A stretch of 59,152 nt of DNA, filler included, from Sphacelaria rigidula (GCA_964200075.2; 9 parts of 9 records of this genome joined end to end with filler, not necessarily neighbours in it), one strand, 5' to 3'. Positions 22,230 to 35,811 are shown, counted from the whole stretch's first letter. Translations and numbers: made by a program. Notes: generated from the sequence alone by a model not told the origin.

Positions 22230-25200
22230 GTGTTTGCGCGGATGAAACTCGGGTCTGGTCCTGAAGTTCAGAGCAAGATGGAACTGTAACCCGACTTCGG
22301 TTAAACAACTAGCTTTGAAAGACCCCACCGACTATGGTGATGTGAAAACCAAAGTTGGGTGTTGGGCTCGGTCATTCCTATTGGCCAACAATCTCAAGTC
22401 CGCTCGATCTTTACCGGTACGATGTTTTGGGAAGCAAGTTTGCCCCCAAAGTCCGCAACCACAAGAACGTCCTGGTCTTCCCTCGGTTTGGTCTTTTAGA
22501 TGTACATGCTGTCGGTCGACAAACCCGAAGGGTTTTCCGTCCTCCCGGCACATACCGCACTAGCTCTATCATCGCGCGTAGGACGTACACCAGACCATAC
22601 GCCGAAGACGATTGATGTGACATTGGTGTTTTCATGAAGTCAGCACTGCAGCATATGCACAAAAAAAACAGTGTTGAGCACAACTTGACACAGACACCGA
22701 GTAGCGTGAACAACATGAACAAACGTGAGGTGTATCCGGCTTGCACGGAAGTTCAAAGCAGGAGAAGGAAGTAAGCATTCGATACAGCAGGCCACGTTTT
22801 TCGGCTCACATCCCACAGATGAGGGTAACTCGAGGTGAATAAAAAAAGGTCGCGCGAAGCGCGATCACGGCCGAGCGTTTAAAAATCGGCACTCGGCAAA
22901 AATTGAGGACCCATCTGAAATGAGGGGAAGAACTGTCACATTGGACATGTGCTGCTTTACCGTGCTGTAGCACAAACATACTCACGCTCTCTCTCATGTG
23001 CTGTAACTGTCACTGTGCTATGGTGTGGACCTTTCCGAAGATGGTTTGGTCTACGCTTGACTGCATCAGTTGCCTTACTGTCACTGCCGTGGTCTTGACA
23101 GAAAATGAGCGAAATCATGTTTGTCGGCACGCAGTGCCATATACACACTACTGTCGGTGTTGGCTGTTTCGTCTTACGTCAAACGAACAAGGCACTTCCC
23201 ACACCCATCATTTCTATGCTGTAGTGGTCGCTGTACTGTTGTACAATCAAGCACTTTACGACGAACATGGTGTGCTGTATGCTAGAGAGGGCCTGAACAG
23301 TTGAAACGGATATGTGACGACTGTGCAGCTGGTCTTTGGTAGTTCAGTTGTACTCGGGTGCTTTGATCAGAGCAGACACGCAAGGCGGACGCGTGCAGGT
23401 TGGAGCAAACAGACTGAGCCAGCACGGAGCTGCTGTATCCCAAGCGGTTGATGGTAGCAGCTGTCTGCCTTGATGTCCCTTGCGATCGTTCTTTCCCTCA
23501 TTTCAGACGGGTTCTCATTTTTTTGTAATCTCCCCCAAAAGCCGTCGAAGGAAAGCATATCACAAGATCATGGCGCACCCTCGACAGTAGACTACATGAA
23601 AAGAAGTGTACTGCGTAAAGTGCAGGAGCGGAAAGACTGTTGCTCCGGTACGCAGTACACTTTTTTTCCAGTGTAGGCTGTTGGCCAGGGTGTCTCGTTG
23701 TCAAGGGCGTGACTTCGGGAGTCGCTCAAGTCTCGGAAGTAATCAGCAAACTTGATATGTAGCCGCATGTCTCTGTAAGCGCTTTGGGGGTCCAAAACCA
23801 GTCAATCGCCGCTGTGTTGACCCACTGCAAATTTATGTTGCTCATGCTAATCGCTCTTGTGTACAGCCAGTACTGTCTGTTGGCTGTGCTCCAGTCAGGT
23901 AATTATCGGCTCGCCCACAGATCGGGATAACTCAGAGTGAACATGAATTATTCTTGCGCGAAGCGCAAATGTGGCCCAGCATTTGAAAACCGCCGCTCGG
24001 CCAAAATCGAGCCCATCCGAAATCAGGGGAAGACCTATCGCATGAGACATGTCCTGTATCAATGTGCTGTAGCACAAACACACTCATGCGCTGTAGCTGT
24101 CGCTGCGCTGTGGTGTCTCCAGGCCTTTTCAAAGACGGTTTGGTCTCCACCGGGACTGACTGCGGGAGTTACTTTATTACTGCCGTGGCGTTCGTCTCTT
24201 CTAAAACAAATGCTGTCAACACGCAGTGCTCTCTAGACACTGTTGACACCTTCATGGTGTGTTGGCTATTTCGTCTCGAGTCGAACGAATAAGGGGCCTC
24301 CCAAAGCCACAATTTTATGTGCTGTAATATTGTTGTGCTGTTGTGCATCTACAGTTTACGACGATCACGGTGCGATGTGCACTGGAGAGTTCCTGGACAG
24401 TTGTAGCGCTGCATGCGGTGTTCCGGTCTACACAGAGTCGGGGTGGGACCAAAGTATCTATCGCCCCTTGGAGGAATCATAGTTGGTTTGGGACTGAACA
24501 CGGATGATACACTTTGCAATACGACCTACTGTCTGTTATTCACCTAGGGTTTAACTTGATGCTCCGCAAATATAGAGAAAATGCCACAGGAGAAACCCTC
24601 ACGAGTTTACACCCGCCCGCACTCAGATGCGGACAAAGTCAGTATCAGTTGTATATCTTCGCTGGACTCAGCAGCAAGAAACAGTGAGCGTGCATCGTTC
24701 TGCACTGAACACAGTCTACTGCACGCTACTGGTGTCTCTGCTTAGTGTTCCACAACACTACAGTGTGAAGCTATGTTGGCAACACAAGAGGGGTCAGGCA
24801 GGCGGCAAAGACAGGCCACGAGTAAAAAGTTCGTCGTTTGTGCCCATGTGATTCATTACTTGTGATCAAAGTGATTCTCCTGGTCTGCAACAACTTCTGT
24901 GCAAACCGGATACACGTCACGTCAATCGCTGTCTGTGTCAAGTTGTGCTCAAAATACTGTTTCTTTGTGCATATGTTGCTGTGGTGACCTCAAAAGAACA
25001 CCACTGCCACGCCATCACCCGTTGATTCGCCATGTTCTGGGCGTGTGCTCTGGTGTTTGCGCGAGCAGCGAGGTGGCTGGTGTGGTGTGTGGTGTGTGTT
25101 GCCGGGAGGGCGGCTACACGTTACACGTCACGCCTGTTGGCCAATAGCATCTGCTATTAATAGTCCGAACCGAGCGAAACGCAATCATCGAACTTTGGAC

Positions 25201-25266
25201 TGACTTTAGACCTCGGGGGAATTATGAAGTCCAAGTCCTGACCCGAATTTGGTCTGCGCAAACACA
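22230..25266. mobile_element. Non-autonomous element or composite with long diverged inverted arms and internal direct repeats
   Basis: About 22230-22752 is a patchy inverted match to about 24891-25266 (e.g. TTGAGCACAACTTGACACAGACA / TGTCTGTGTCAAGTTGTGCTCAA). Inside, about 22851-23302 and 23956-24403 are direct repeats that begin GCGCGAAGCGC. Confidence 0.65.
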
Positions 25267-25573
25267 GTAATATACTGAGATTTTGGTCTCAAAGAGGACA
25301 GGAGCGGTGCGGACAAAATTTCAACCCGTAAAACTTCCTCAGAAAGCTCTGTTGGATGCACGGCGTGTTCTGCCAGCAACAATTCACAAGCGCATGTACA
25401 GTGTGTTACGGTTCAGTACAATACTTCATTGCTCAGAGCCCCTTCCCCCTTGCTAATCTTTGTCTTCCTCGAACTCCGCACATGAAACGAATATGGAGCC
25501 GTCGTCCTAGTAATTTACACACGTCGACCCACGAAGCTGGTGGCCCCGCGTCCTAGGGTGTTTGCTTCATTTT

Positions 25574-25972
25574 GTGAAAAGGTGATACCTTGACACTTGT
25601 GGGCGTTTGTCCCGTTTATGTGGTGGTTCCCACATCACCCCCCTTTCATGAACCTCTTGGAGGTTTTGTAGGAGTGATCTTTTACGCCGGCTAGCGGTTG
25701 GAATCCTGCCTTTCAATTCACATATCTTCTACGTGTGTTGGGTCATCCAACCAACAATCGTCGGAGGACATTTTCCATGAGTTTTAATCTCCGCTACAGG
25801 GGGTACCCGCCATTTGTTTTGGCCCCCACTATTTTGGTGGGGTCCGGGATTTGAACCCGGGACCGTCTGTTCGTGAAGCATTCGAGCTATCTCACTGGTG
25901 TCGCCAGTGTGAAAGGTGATTCCTTGACAGACACTTGTGGGAAATTGTCCCTTCTATGTGGTGGTTCTCACA
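25574..25972 (-). mobile_element. tRNA-derived SINE-like unit between direct repeats of about 60 bp
   Basis: Minus strand 25905-25835 has a T-arm/B-box GGGTTCAAATCCC and ends CCCCACCA, but has no acceptor-stem pairing. Direct repeats lie at about 25574-25635 and 25908-25972. Confidence 0.55.
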
Positions 25973-26174
25973 ATTTGACGTTTATTGTTTTTCAGCTCTT
26001 GACTACCCAGAGCGTCCGTGTGATGCATCGACATCCTGTTATTCTCACAAATGACGACCAGACCAGTTGTTTTGTCTGTCACGCTCGCAGAATTAATCCT
26101 CGTGAGCGTCTATGCCTTCTTCCCAAGGTTTTATTCGCTTGCAGTCCCGCAGTCCCCGCAGTCCCTGAGCCGGT

Positions 26175-26236
26175 CGCCCCGGTGGCTCAGTTGGTAATCT
26201 CGTAACCTTCTGATGGTTGAGTAGGGGGGTTCGATT
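26175..26236 (+). mobile_element. tRNA-derived SINE head truncated by contig end
   Basis: CGCCCCGGTGGCTCAGTTGG (A-box) ... GGTTCGATT (B-box). It has the same CGCCCCGGT start as the SINEs at about 35812 and 52965. Confidence 0.6.
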
Positions 26237-29200
26237 NNNNNNNNNNNNNNNNNNNNNNNNNNNNNNNNNNNNNNNNNNNNTTAATTAATTAANNNNNNNN
26301 NNNNNNNNNNNNNNNNNNNNNNNNNNNNNNNNNNNNTCCATCGCTGGCTTGTGAGCTGCACTGGGTGGAATCGAGCCGGACTGGGATGAGAAGGTAGCTT
26401 CAGATACATACTACAGCCATGGATCGCTTTAGTTGCTATATTGCCTTCTTTACACTTCTTAGACTCCGCCGCGTCTTCATTTTGGGGGTGGTGGTGGGAA
26501 ACGTGACACTAACCCCCGGCGAAACACTGAATTCATTGATGTGCATTGACGTGCATAGCCAATCAGAGCTCACAGAAGTGACAAGTATGGCAGGAAGGTG
26601 CCGCGGCGCTGTTGAATTGATGCGTAGGCGTGTTAGCCCCAGGGCGGTTTGGACAGCGATTTCTTGCCTGTTTGGAGAGATGCATCTAGCGCATCCACTG
26701 CAGGCAACATATCGGCACCACACCGAATGATGGAGTAAGCTTCTATATGCACAACTCCCTAATACCCTTCGTGTAGTCTTCTTAGATGGCGTATGTGTGT
26801 CGGCAGCAGTGGGTTGTGCTGTTGGCGTCAAGTGCGGTCGCCGTTTGCAGACAAACCCAGGAGAATTTGACTTACTTTCGAACTGAAGAGCAGAACAAAT
26901 CCAGTACTTCGAAGTAGTAATCTACCTGCCTGCTGTGCTGCACAAGCTGCACGCTACGGCACCGTCTGTACCATAGGTAATATCTGCAGGTCGTGGTTTA
27001 TTGAGTGTATCTGAGCGCACGACTGACAGAAAGCAAGGGTACTTGGTATATGCAAACCTGGCATTGAGCGCTTGAGTGCCTCTTGTTTTGTTCGACAGCG
27101 ATCTACTGCCGCTGACGACCCCCGCAACAGCAAGGATTTAAATTCTGAGCGATTATTCAAACACAACACAGCTGTCCGGCTGTCTGCGCAGATACACAAC
27201 AGCAGATCACAGCAGACATGAAGCAGGTAGTTCCTCCTGGCAAAAAACCTTGTGACTGCGATCTAGAGTACATGTTGCAACGGAGCCACTCAACGAATAG
27301 CCCATTTATATATCTCCTGCTTTGTCATTTCTACAGTCGGTGTATAAATTTATTTGTGTGTACTGTTATGCCGCTTCCTATAATAAACAAAAATCACCCT
27401 CAGAATAAATATTTTTTTCCACTTTTTGTCCAGACAAAAACGTGACGTAATTTTTGATCGACCACTTCTTATTACTGAGCAAGTTGGGCGAAATTTGGGG
27501 ATTTTCGGGGGGTCAGTGTGGAGCGTACCGGGGTATCAGCGCGGCAGAGGGCTGGAACGTTCAGTTTTGCGCGCAAAGAAAATAAAAATGTTTCGGAACA
27601 GAATCTGACCCTTTTGTCGCCCCCGGCTGCGGCGCTGCACAACGCAAGCGGAGATGAAACGATATGGGCTTGTTGGCTGTGCTTCACAGGTCATGTGGCC
27701 AAAGTTTCAGCGCGTGAAAGCACCCACAGCGCACGTATGGGCGTTCCTCCGCACCTCAGGTCCTCTGCAGGCAGTGTGGGACTGGGTTTCGCAGTTATTG
27801 TCATTTTCCAGCGGGCGTCCCGGAAGAGGTCGATGTTTGTTTCCCCTTGCTACAGCCGTCGAAGGACTCATGATGTGGATGTCAGTGCACCGGTGCATCA
27901 AAGTGTGTCACAAGGGTCGGTATACGAAGTTTCCGCCCCGGGTGGGCCGTGTGGAGGGCGTATGGTCTGTATTACGAAAACATCTTCCACCACCGCGCTA
28001 ATATTCGCGCCGCGACGAAACGTACCCCCGCTTGGTGTACATGCAGAGTGCATCATACCCAACTCGTGTGCCAAGTTTCGCGTGGGGTCTTACAACCTGG
28101 GGGGAGAACTTCACAACCAAGTTTTCAGTAAAAAACGGCAAAATAGTAGCAGTCGGCCAGTGAAGATACGGCGGGAACGATTGCGCCGCATCTTCCGCGT
28201 AGGGGAACAGAAAGCATGCAGCCGTCGTATCTACACTCTGACTGTCCCGCCCCAGTGATATCCATCCATGTGCAGGGGCCCGCAAGCGCTCTCTCGGGCT
28301 GCGTGCAGAACATGAAGTCGTGGCACCTCATCTTCCCCATGAGACCGTGGACAATAATGCACGCAACCTACAGCATCCACCCGGCAGCAGCGATGTATAT
28401 GTTTGACTGACTGAAAAACTGTGTCGTGGACTCGAGGTGTGGGGGCGGGCGGGCGGCAGGTTCTCTGTTTTGAAGACAGACTACTTGGTGGCTCTGTTCT
28501 TTTGTGTGTGCTTTTCGCCCTCTGCCATGCTGTCGTGCGCTTCCACCTGACCGCCCATGTCCCTCTCCGGGTTATGAAAAGCCCCGGTGGCAAAGTATGA
28601 AGGAAACGATATTACCGTCTCTTACAAAGCTCGAAGGGGCATCTCGACCTTGATCACGTTTATCAATAAAAAAAATGCCTTGCTAGCCATGGGATGGTAA
28701 AGTAGCAATATCGCGAAAATATTTCCCTATATGGCGCGGGGAGGAGGTGGGGGTGTGCTACAGCCTTTTCCTCCGGCTGTTGCAACACGGCTGTGCGAGC
28801 GTCATCCAGGAAATGATTTTATTACGAGTCAAGCGACGGTAGGGGTGCACATTTCAGTTCAAAATATTTCTGAGGCTGAACACTAAGGCTCGCCCACAAC
28901 ATGTTTGGGATGGAGAGTCCTACGGCAAAGAGGCTCAGGACATTGAAACAAACATCCCTGCGGTGGTATAGCCCTCAGGATTTGCTAGCGTGCGACCATT
29001 TCGGTCCATCACTTAAGAGAGTTTCTCCCGCTGTAACCAAAAATTGACTGCATCGAACGGTGAAGACATCCCCGCCTGGGCCAACCACCGCTCGCCACCG
29101 ACGGAGATATCCCAGACACGGGGAAAAGTTCCTGCACAATTTTAAGTGTGAACTCCCGGACGGTACTTGACAGTATTGGACCGAGGCCCACCGTATAGAA

Positions 29201-29701
29201 GAATCGCTGCAGAAAACATTTTTGAAATAGACTGCAGGCGCCGGCTCGGCGGGCACACACAAGATCCACGCGGGGCAGACATTTCAGGGGCGTTGTGACC
29301 GATAAACGGGACGATGCAGACATTTTGTTTGCAACACTACCGTTCCGCGATCGCGACGCCTTCAGCGGCATGTAGTGCCTCCCCTATTGTTGGCCTGCGG
29401 ATCAGCGTCCGGTTACGGATAGGCAACAAGAAATTCCGACCCTCGTCGCACACTGGTCACCCTGCGTTTGGTAGACACACCCCGTCTTTCAATTTCACAG
29501 TTGTACAGTCTGCGATGCCGTCAACTCCATATTTACGGCATACATAACCCCCGGCAACTTCACCAACCCTGCCCTGAAACCTAGTAGCCCTCTACTCTCG
29601 CTTCATCGCCGGCGTGACGCTCCGCTATTCCCCACCTCCCGCGTTACGAGTGCCTGCCAACACCTGATCACGAACGGGATACGCGCGGTGAACACGGTTA
29701 A

Positions 29702-29917
29702 ACTTGGGACACCAATGGTGGCCACGGACGGCGAAACAGGGCTGGAATAAGGTATGTAGAGGGATTTTGTGTAATCTATGTCATGAACTTTATGAACACC
29801 CCACTGTTGGAGGTGTCTCCATTACGAGTAAGAGCGGCACTCCGTGTCGAAAGGGATGCGTGGTCAACGGTGAAACGACAAAGGCAATCAACAATTGAGT
29901 CTCCCCCCCCTCCCCCC
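29702..29917 (+). mobile_element. 5'-truncated LINE 3' end (poly(C)-ended family)
   Basis: Encodes WWPRTAKQG...VGGVSITSKSGTPCRKGCVVNGETTKAINN*, homologous to the ORF2 end at 45460-45900. It is followed by GTCT and a C-tract. Confidence 0.85.
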
Positions 29918-29968
29918 GCAATGCGCACCTCCCGCGTGCAGCATGATATCCGCTGAAACTGTGCTCCG

Positions 29969-31855
29969 TCATGCCAGGGTTGCTCGTTCAAGGCAGCGGT
30001 CGACCTCGTCCATGCCGCTGTCGTCGCTGAAGTCACAACAAGCATCCGAGCTGGTGCTGCCATCTGTGTCCGACCCGACCGACATGGTATCGGCGTTTTC
30101 ATTTTCCCCAGTGTCACGTTGCACTCCCGTCTCCCACCACAATACTTCAGGGTATGAACCCGGTGCTGTGGCGTTGCTCGGGTTGCATCGCCCCTTACAG
30201 CCGCAGAGAATGGGATGGTAACCTTTGCCCGATCTCGCGCAAGTGCACCTGCACCGGCATTGGTGCTTCTCCGCCGCGGTAGAGTTACACCCGCACGTAA
30301 GCTGCTTGATTTTGCCCGTGCTATCGATGTATGCAAGCTCGGACAGGTTGAGGACAATATTGTCATGTGTCGCAGCCTCCCCTGTCTTGCCCGACGCCGT
30401 ATTCTATCCGCGATCCTTGAAGTCAACATAGGGCATGATATCAGTCATCCCCCCCATCCAGTATTCTAAGACAGCAGCTGCTCGCTTGACCTGGTATCGC
30501 AACGCATCCTCCGGCGGGACCAGCTGCCTGGGCTTCGTGCCGCCCATCTTCCACGTCAACAACCTCACCCACTTGACGAATGTTGCAGTATCTTCGCCGG
30601 CTTGATTGTAAAAAATATCCTGGGCGCGGGTGCCATTCGTCGAGAATGCGGATTCCCGTTTATAGTAAAACGCTACAGCGAGAAACTTCACCACTTCATC
30701 CTCGTCGACTGCCACCGATCCGCCCTCAAATCGCAACAGCGCCTTCGGGAAGAGACCTGGCACGCGCAGGCCTTTGAGAAGCGCCTGCCACATCGACTGG
30801 AAAGGCAGGCCATGCAGGGCAGAAAGTCACAACCACTCAGCAAGAACACCAGCACAAAAAGGGCGACCATCAAACCGCCTTGTTCGGCCACCCACGTGCT
30901 ACTCCCTTCCCACGCACCCACAGCACCGTCTTGTAGGTTCGTGACTGCTTCGTACACGCGATTGACGTTGACATATTCCACGCCGTCGGCGACTCGGCGA
31001 CGGATCGTCACGCGCGTGCGCTCCTCGCCGTTGGCGGAAATTTTCCCCGCCGCCATAGCCAGGAGGACGATCATAAACTGATCAGTGTCGACAGATGTCA
31101 CCAGCCACATCTCTATCCTTGCAGCACCACGCTCGAGGTACTTCGTGTGATTAATCAAGAAATAAACAGTCGCCAGCTCCCCCTCTCCGATTTGCGGCCC
31201 GGTTTCGGGCTCGATCCGTCCCTGGTGACACATACCGTCGCGCGCGTGCGTGGAGGAGATTCACGGGCACCACGCAGGCGCGAGGCGAATGCGCCAGATC
31301 CCCTCTGGCTGTGTCCTCCTCGTGGCGCCGTGTCTCGATTTCCTCGCGCGGTACGCACGAGCGCGCGGGTACCGGATGAGCGTGGAGTGCAGGTGCCTCT
31401 ATGGCATACGCCGCCGTGGAGAAGGAGGGTAGAGGAGGCTGCGGCACAGGGGCGGAGCCCCCTCCCCTGCCCTCGCGGTCGCCCGTATCCGGCGCTTGTC
31501 CATCTCTGGCATCGACCGCGGCAGAATTTATCGCCGGTTCGCGCCACAGAGGCAGGGAGGCACTGCTGTATTCCGTTCGCGACGCATGGGATTTCAACAG
31601 GAGACAGGCATCATGCGAGGGGTTGGCGGGCGAGGCCATTACTCGCGACGGTATCCGGGGCGGATCTACTCTCTTCTCCATACGCGCAGGCGGATTGGCG
31701 CAGTTTTCCGATGCGAGACCGGCGTGGAGGACGAGGTCATGCCCATCACCCGGTGTGTCTTGGTTTAAAAGTGAACGAGCCTCTGGTGTTGACAGCGCGG
31801 CGCCGCGTGGGGGGCGGAGGCAACGGCGACGAGTGAAGTTCCAGTACTTCCCATA
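29969..31855 (-). pseudogene. Academ-like XPG/FEN-family nuclease with C-terminal CXC Cys cluster (disrupted)
   Basis: IGEGE...VTSVDTDQFMIVLL...LLSGCDFLP (30688-31233), then a frameshift into LVPPEDALRYQVKRAAAVLEYW...DRG* (30404-30793). Reading through the stop gives LTCGCNSTAAEKHQCRCRCTCARSGKGYHPILCGCKGRCN and an acidic tail. Confidence 0.72.
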
Positions 31856-32920
31856 TCAAGGGCCGTGTGCGAGTGGCGTCCGATTTATCCTTGCACAAGG
31901 TGAGACAAGTCTAACTCGCCTTCTGTCCGTATGTCATCCTCTGCATGACAAGCACTTACCAGGGAGGTTTGCAGGTGGTTCTGCTGAGTATCCTGCGACA
32001 ACAAGGCGTATGTCTGCCAGGCCTCCGGCCGACACCTGCAGCGGGTTGCGAATGCACAGTCGAGACAATGTGTTACCGGGGGATTATCGGCGGCAAGCGG
32101 GAGGGCGGAGATAGGTACCCGTGTCGCCCGGGTGACAGCCGCTGGTGTACCATGAGTCCTATTTGGCGGACTCCCATCGACGAATTGACGTGACATTCGG
32201 AGTGGTGTCCAGTACAAAACGATTGCCGTAACACGACGTGGTGTTGACGGTTGGTGACTACCAGTTGCGGCCAGTTCCATAACGAGATATTGTCCGGAAG
32301 AATGAGCTTCTACCCTCTAAGAGTATTTCCGCCACACTTTCAGCGACTGTGCTCGGCGATTTGTTTCGGCTAGATGCTCCCCGATGATGGCGTGGATGCT
32401 TCATTCCACGCCTTTCACCGAAGCCGTAACAGTACAACTCTGACCAAAATCTTCATATAACCCTCATAACGGTTCGGGAGGGGGAGTGCGGTTGTGCTCA
32501 GCGCTGTAAGCTGACGGGTTCGGTACGAAGCGATGAGATACCCCGTGCGCGGCCGAGGGGAATCAGGCTGAGCAAAAACGCATCAGCCGCCGTCGCTGAA
32601 GGTGCGGGGAAAGCTCTGTTTGCGGCTAGACGCTCACTGTACTGAGAAGTACTTTTGAGTATGTGATTGGCTGTTACGGGCAGTTGCAAACCGACAACAC
32701 CGGGCGGTGTTGAGGCAGTAATTATTTATCAGGAACTGGTGGGCAAGGTATTTCCATCCGGGTGGGGAGCCCGCCCAACAGGAATCATATTCCAAAGGGC
32801 AGGCCCGAGAAGAGCAAAAGNNNNNNNNNNNNNNNNNNNNNNNNNNNNNNNNNNNNNNNNNNNNTTAATTAATTAANNNNNNNNNNNNNNNNNNNNNNNN
32901 NNNNNNNNNNNNNNNNNNNN

Positions 32921-32961
32921 AGCAACAAATGAGTACGCCCCCCCCCCCTCCCCCCCTCCCC
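32921..32961 (+). mobile_element. LINE 3' terminus + poly(C) at contig start
   Basis: AGCAACAAATGAGTACG + C-tract; the junction is identical to 45889-45906. Confidence 0.8.
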
Positions 32962-33859
32962 GCACGCCGCATTTGGGTTTACACCGTATACATATTTTGA
33001 GTGTAGTGTCGGTACCAAAAAATATGACACCAGGGCTGTGAACTTTGTCGATTAAACGGGAACTGGAGGTGAACTGGAACCGGCGACAAGGGTGCCAGTT
33101 GTCCGCAGTTTGTTTGAAGTTTGTCGTTACCGGCTATGTTGTTCACCAATTTTTGTTCTAGGCATTTCCACGCTGTTCGAGGCCACGTTTTTGAGGTTCT
33201 CAAGTTCAAATACTTAGAGAACTCATGAAAAGCCAAGATTCGACAGATGGCACATAATAGTATATAAACAACATTTGTCAACCCGATTCGGGTGTGGGGT
33301 ACATGGTAGCGCAGGGAACGAAAAAAAGCCGTCTGCGGGACGTGCTTCCCACCGTTAAGTTGAGGTTGGTATCCATCGTTCTGGCCTATACCGTACGAAT
33401 GGCAATACGTTTGTATGCCATGAGATTTTCTTCGGAACTCTTGAATAGGAAGATAATAAAGTAATAATTATTCCCTTATCCGGAGACCTCATGTACGCAC
33501 CTTCCCCCAAAAGGACAGCTGTCAACCGGGTGGTATCTACCGTTTTGGGGGTGTGACTCACGAATGGCGATGTACCTAAAGACACGAGCACATCGATAGA
33601 ACGTTCAAAAACAAAGTAGTTATGCCCATTTCCGCGTTTCTCCCCACCCGGGGATGAAATTGCTGCATCACCTCTCCAGACACGATCGGGTGATCTACCG
33701 TTTTCTCTAGTTACATACGCATTGATACACGAATGACGATGCCCGCGAACACGAGGGGAGCATCGTTAAAACATATTCACCACATACACTTCCCTTTTGA
33801 TTCTCTTCTTCCCCAATCCCCTTTCCCGGGGTAAAAACCAACACATTCCCCTTCCGAGA

Positions 33860-33956
33860 CGTGACCACGGAAGGCGTCCGCATAAGATGCCCAGTACCAA
33901 TGTACCGCGCAGATATCGGAACGGCTTTTAATGTGAAGACAACAACAACAACAACA
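33860..33956 (+). repeat. Retroposon-like 3' end with (ACA)n tail
   Basis: GTGACCACGGAAGG..TCCGCAT.AGATGCCCA...CGCAGATATCGG.ACG..TTTAATGTGAA + ACAACAACA. An inverted copy is at about 36970-37115. Confidence 0.6.
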
Positions 33957-35811
33957 GACATTTCAGCGGAAAGGGGATGTTATCCAACGATTGAGCCATT
34001 TGCGGGTGGACAACAATAAATCTTAACGCGCGACTAGTACTAGTAGAAAGCGTACACTCTCTCCCAACTAGCTACACATGCCGTTTTTCTTAACGGAGCT
34101 ACAGACACCATGGGGAAGAGTTATATGGGGAAGCGTTTGGAGGCAACACAAGCCAAATAACGCAATTTTTCTTGCCTCCGGCAGCGCGCACGCGGACCCC
34201 CCTCACCAGCCGGGGGGAGGCGTTGGGCGTGACGGCTTCGTCACTCGCCCTCGATACTTTTCCATGTAATCGGCGCAGCCACTTACCGGGAAAACATCGG
34301 TTTACTGCCCGCTGGTACTACCAGTTTAGAGTCAACTGACAAGAGCCGCCTGTTCATTTCCTCATGTGGCGCCCCTTTATGAGGCCCGCATAAATCGCGC
34401 TTTTCATTTGTTTTGATTCCTCATTATCGAGAAACACCTGTGTAAGATCTCTCTTGCACAAAAGTTCTGCAATACTGAAACTTTTGAGGCTCGGTGTTTT
34501 ATAACCCCACCCCTTCTTAACGGGCCCTAGTTGTATGTAAATCGAACAGCAAAAACTATTTGATCGGCGGTGGTCTTCACATCCAGACATCGACGGCCAT
34601 TCGTATAAAGCCGCACGGGGAAGGGCAGAAAAAGCTGACAAACAGCAGAGTACGCTCTCTCTGGGAGCTATTAATGGTAATTCTCGAGATATTTTCTTGA
34701 CGACAAGATTGACATGATTTGGACGTTCTTACTCTAGCACTTTTCCAAGACGTGAAAAAATAATCATATCGCTCACACCAGCAGCATTCCTGTGTCAGAT
34801 GCCCCCGCGGCGACAGCAAACATGTCGGGGACAACTTCACCTGCCGGCGGAATATCAATTCTGCCCTACAATCCTGCGTACGATTCTGATGAAATCACGA
34901 CACGTATACACACATACATGCGCACCCTGCTGAAGCAACGCGTTAATTCTGACGGTAATTGCTGCCCACTCGAAATCTCGTGATCGCGGAGGGACGGAAC
35001 ACAACAAGGACCAGCTCCACCAAACCGCTACAAGTGCCAACACAGTTACGGCAAATGTGCCCACACACCCGTGGGCACAGTCACCGTTGTGCGTGCAGTG
35101 CTGGCAGGAAAAAATGCAAACCCGCAGGAGCGAAAGATCACAACTTGGCCCTACCGTACTGCTGGAGAAATGACCAAAGCCACAAACATACCGTGGCGAC
35201 GAAAAATGATCAGCAACAGACAACAATCATAGTACATGCTTGTTGTTCCTCTTGTTATTTCCTTGTTCTACTTTGATATGGCGTGTAACCGTTGTTGCAC
35301 ACTGCAGGCGATGGAAGGAACCAGAGGTGAGCGGAATCAAGACACAAACACTTCACTACTCGACTAGAGCCGACGCACACAAATTATAGCGCACGTCCGC
35401 AGAAGCGCTTCCATTCTTTTCTCGAACATAGCTTCGCCGCTGCGCCCTCTCTCGTTGTCGTCCACTGCCATCGTTCTCTTCTTCAGAGTGAAGGGTAGGG
35501 GCGGGATGTGCGCTCCGCCCCACCAGAATCGGTCGACGCCCGGCCCTGACATTGGAAGTCCTTGGCCTCAGATGGCCCACTAATCATCGCCTGGTCCTCC
35601 TGAGCCGTATGTAGCAAAATGCAAGTCGGGCATAGTTGGTGAACCTCAAGGGTTTATGTTGATGTGAAGGAGTCCCTTCAACACACGCTTTCATCAATTA
35701 GACTGCACACCACACACGTAAGCGGGGTTCCCGAAAATGAACCCCATGTGCAGTGCAGGTGGTATCTCGACATATTCCTCCATACGCAGTACGCGTAAAG
35801 GTTTGCCGCCG

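Noticed and set aside
25835..26236. Functional tRNA genes
   Set aside because: A/B boxes are present but I could not fold a complete cloverleaf. They are better explained as SINE heads.
28990..29350. Chromodomain-like fragment of another gypsy element (KFLHNFKCELPDGT*QYWTEAHRIEESL)
   Set aside because: The resemblance is too weak and no flanking integrase or LTR was found.
34792..35276. Cys/His-rich ORFs as a His-Cys box endonuclease
   Set aside because: The motif spacing does not fit and no consistent frame or splice model was found.
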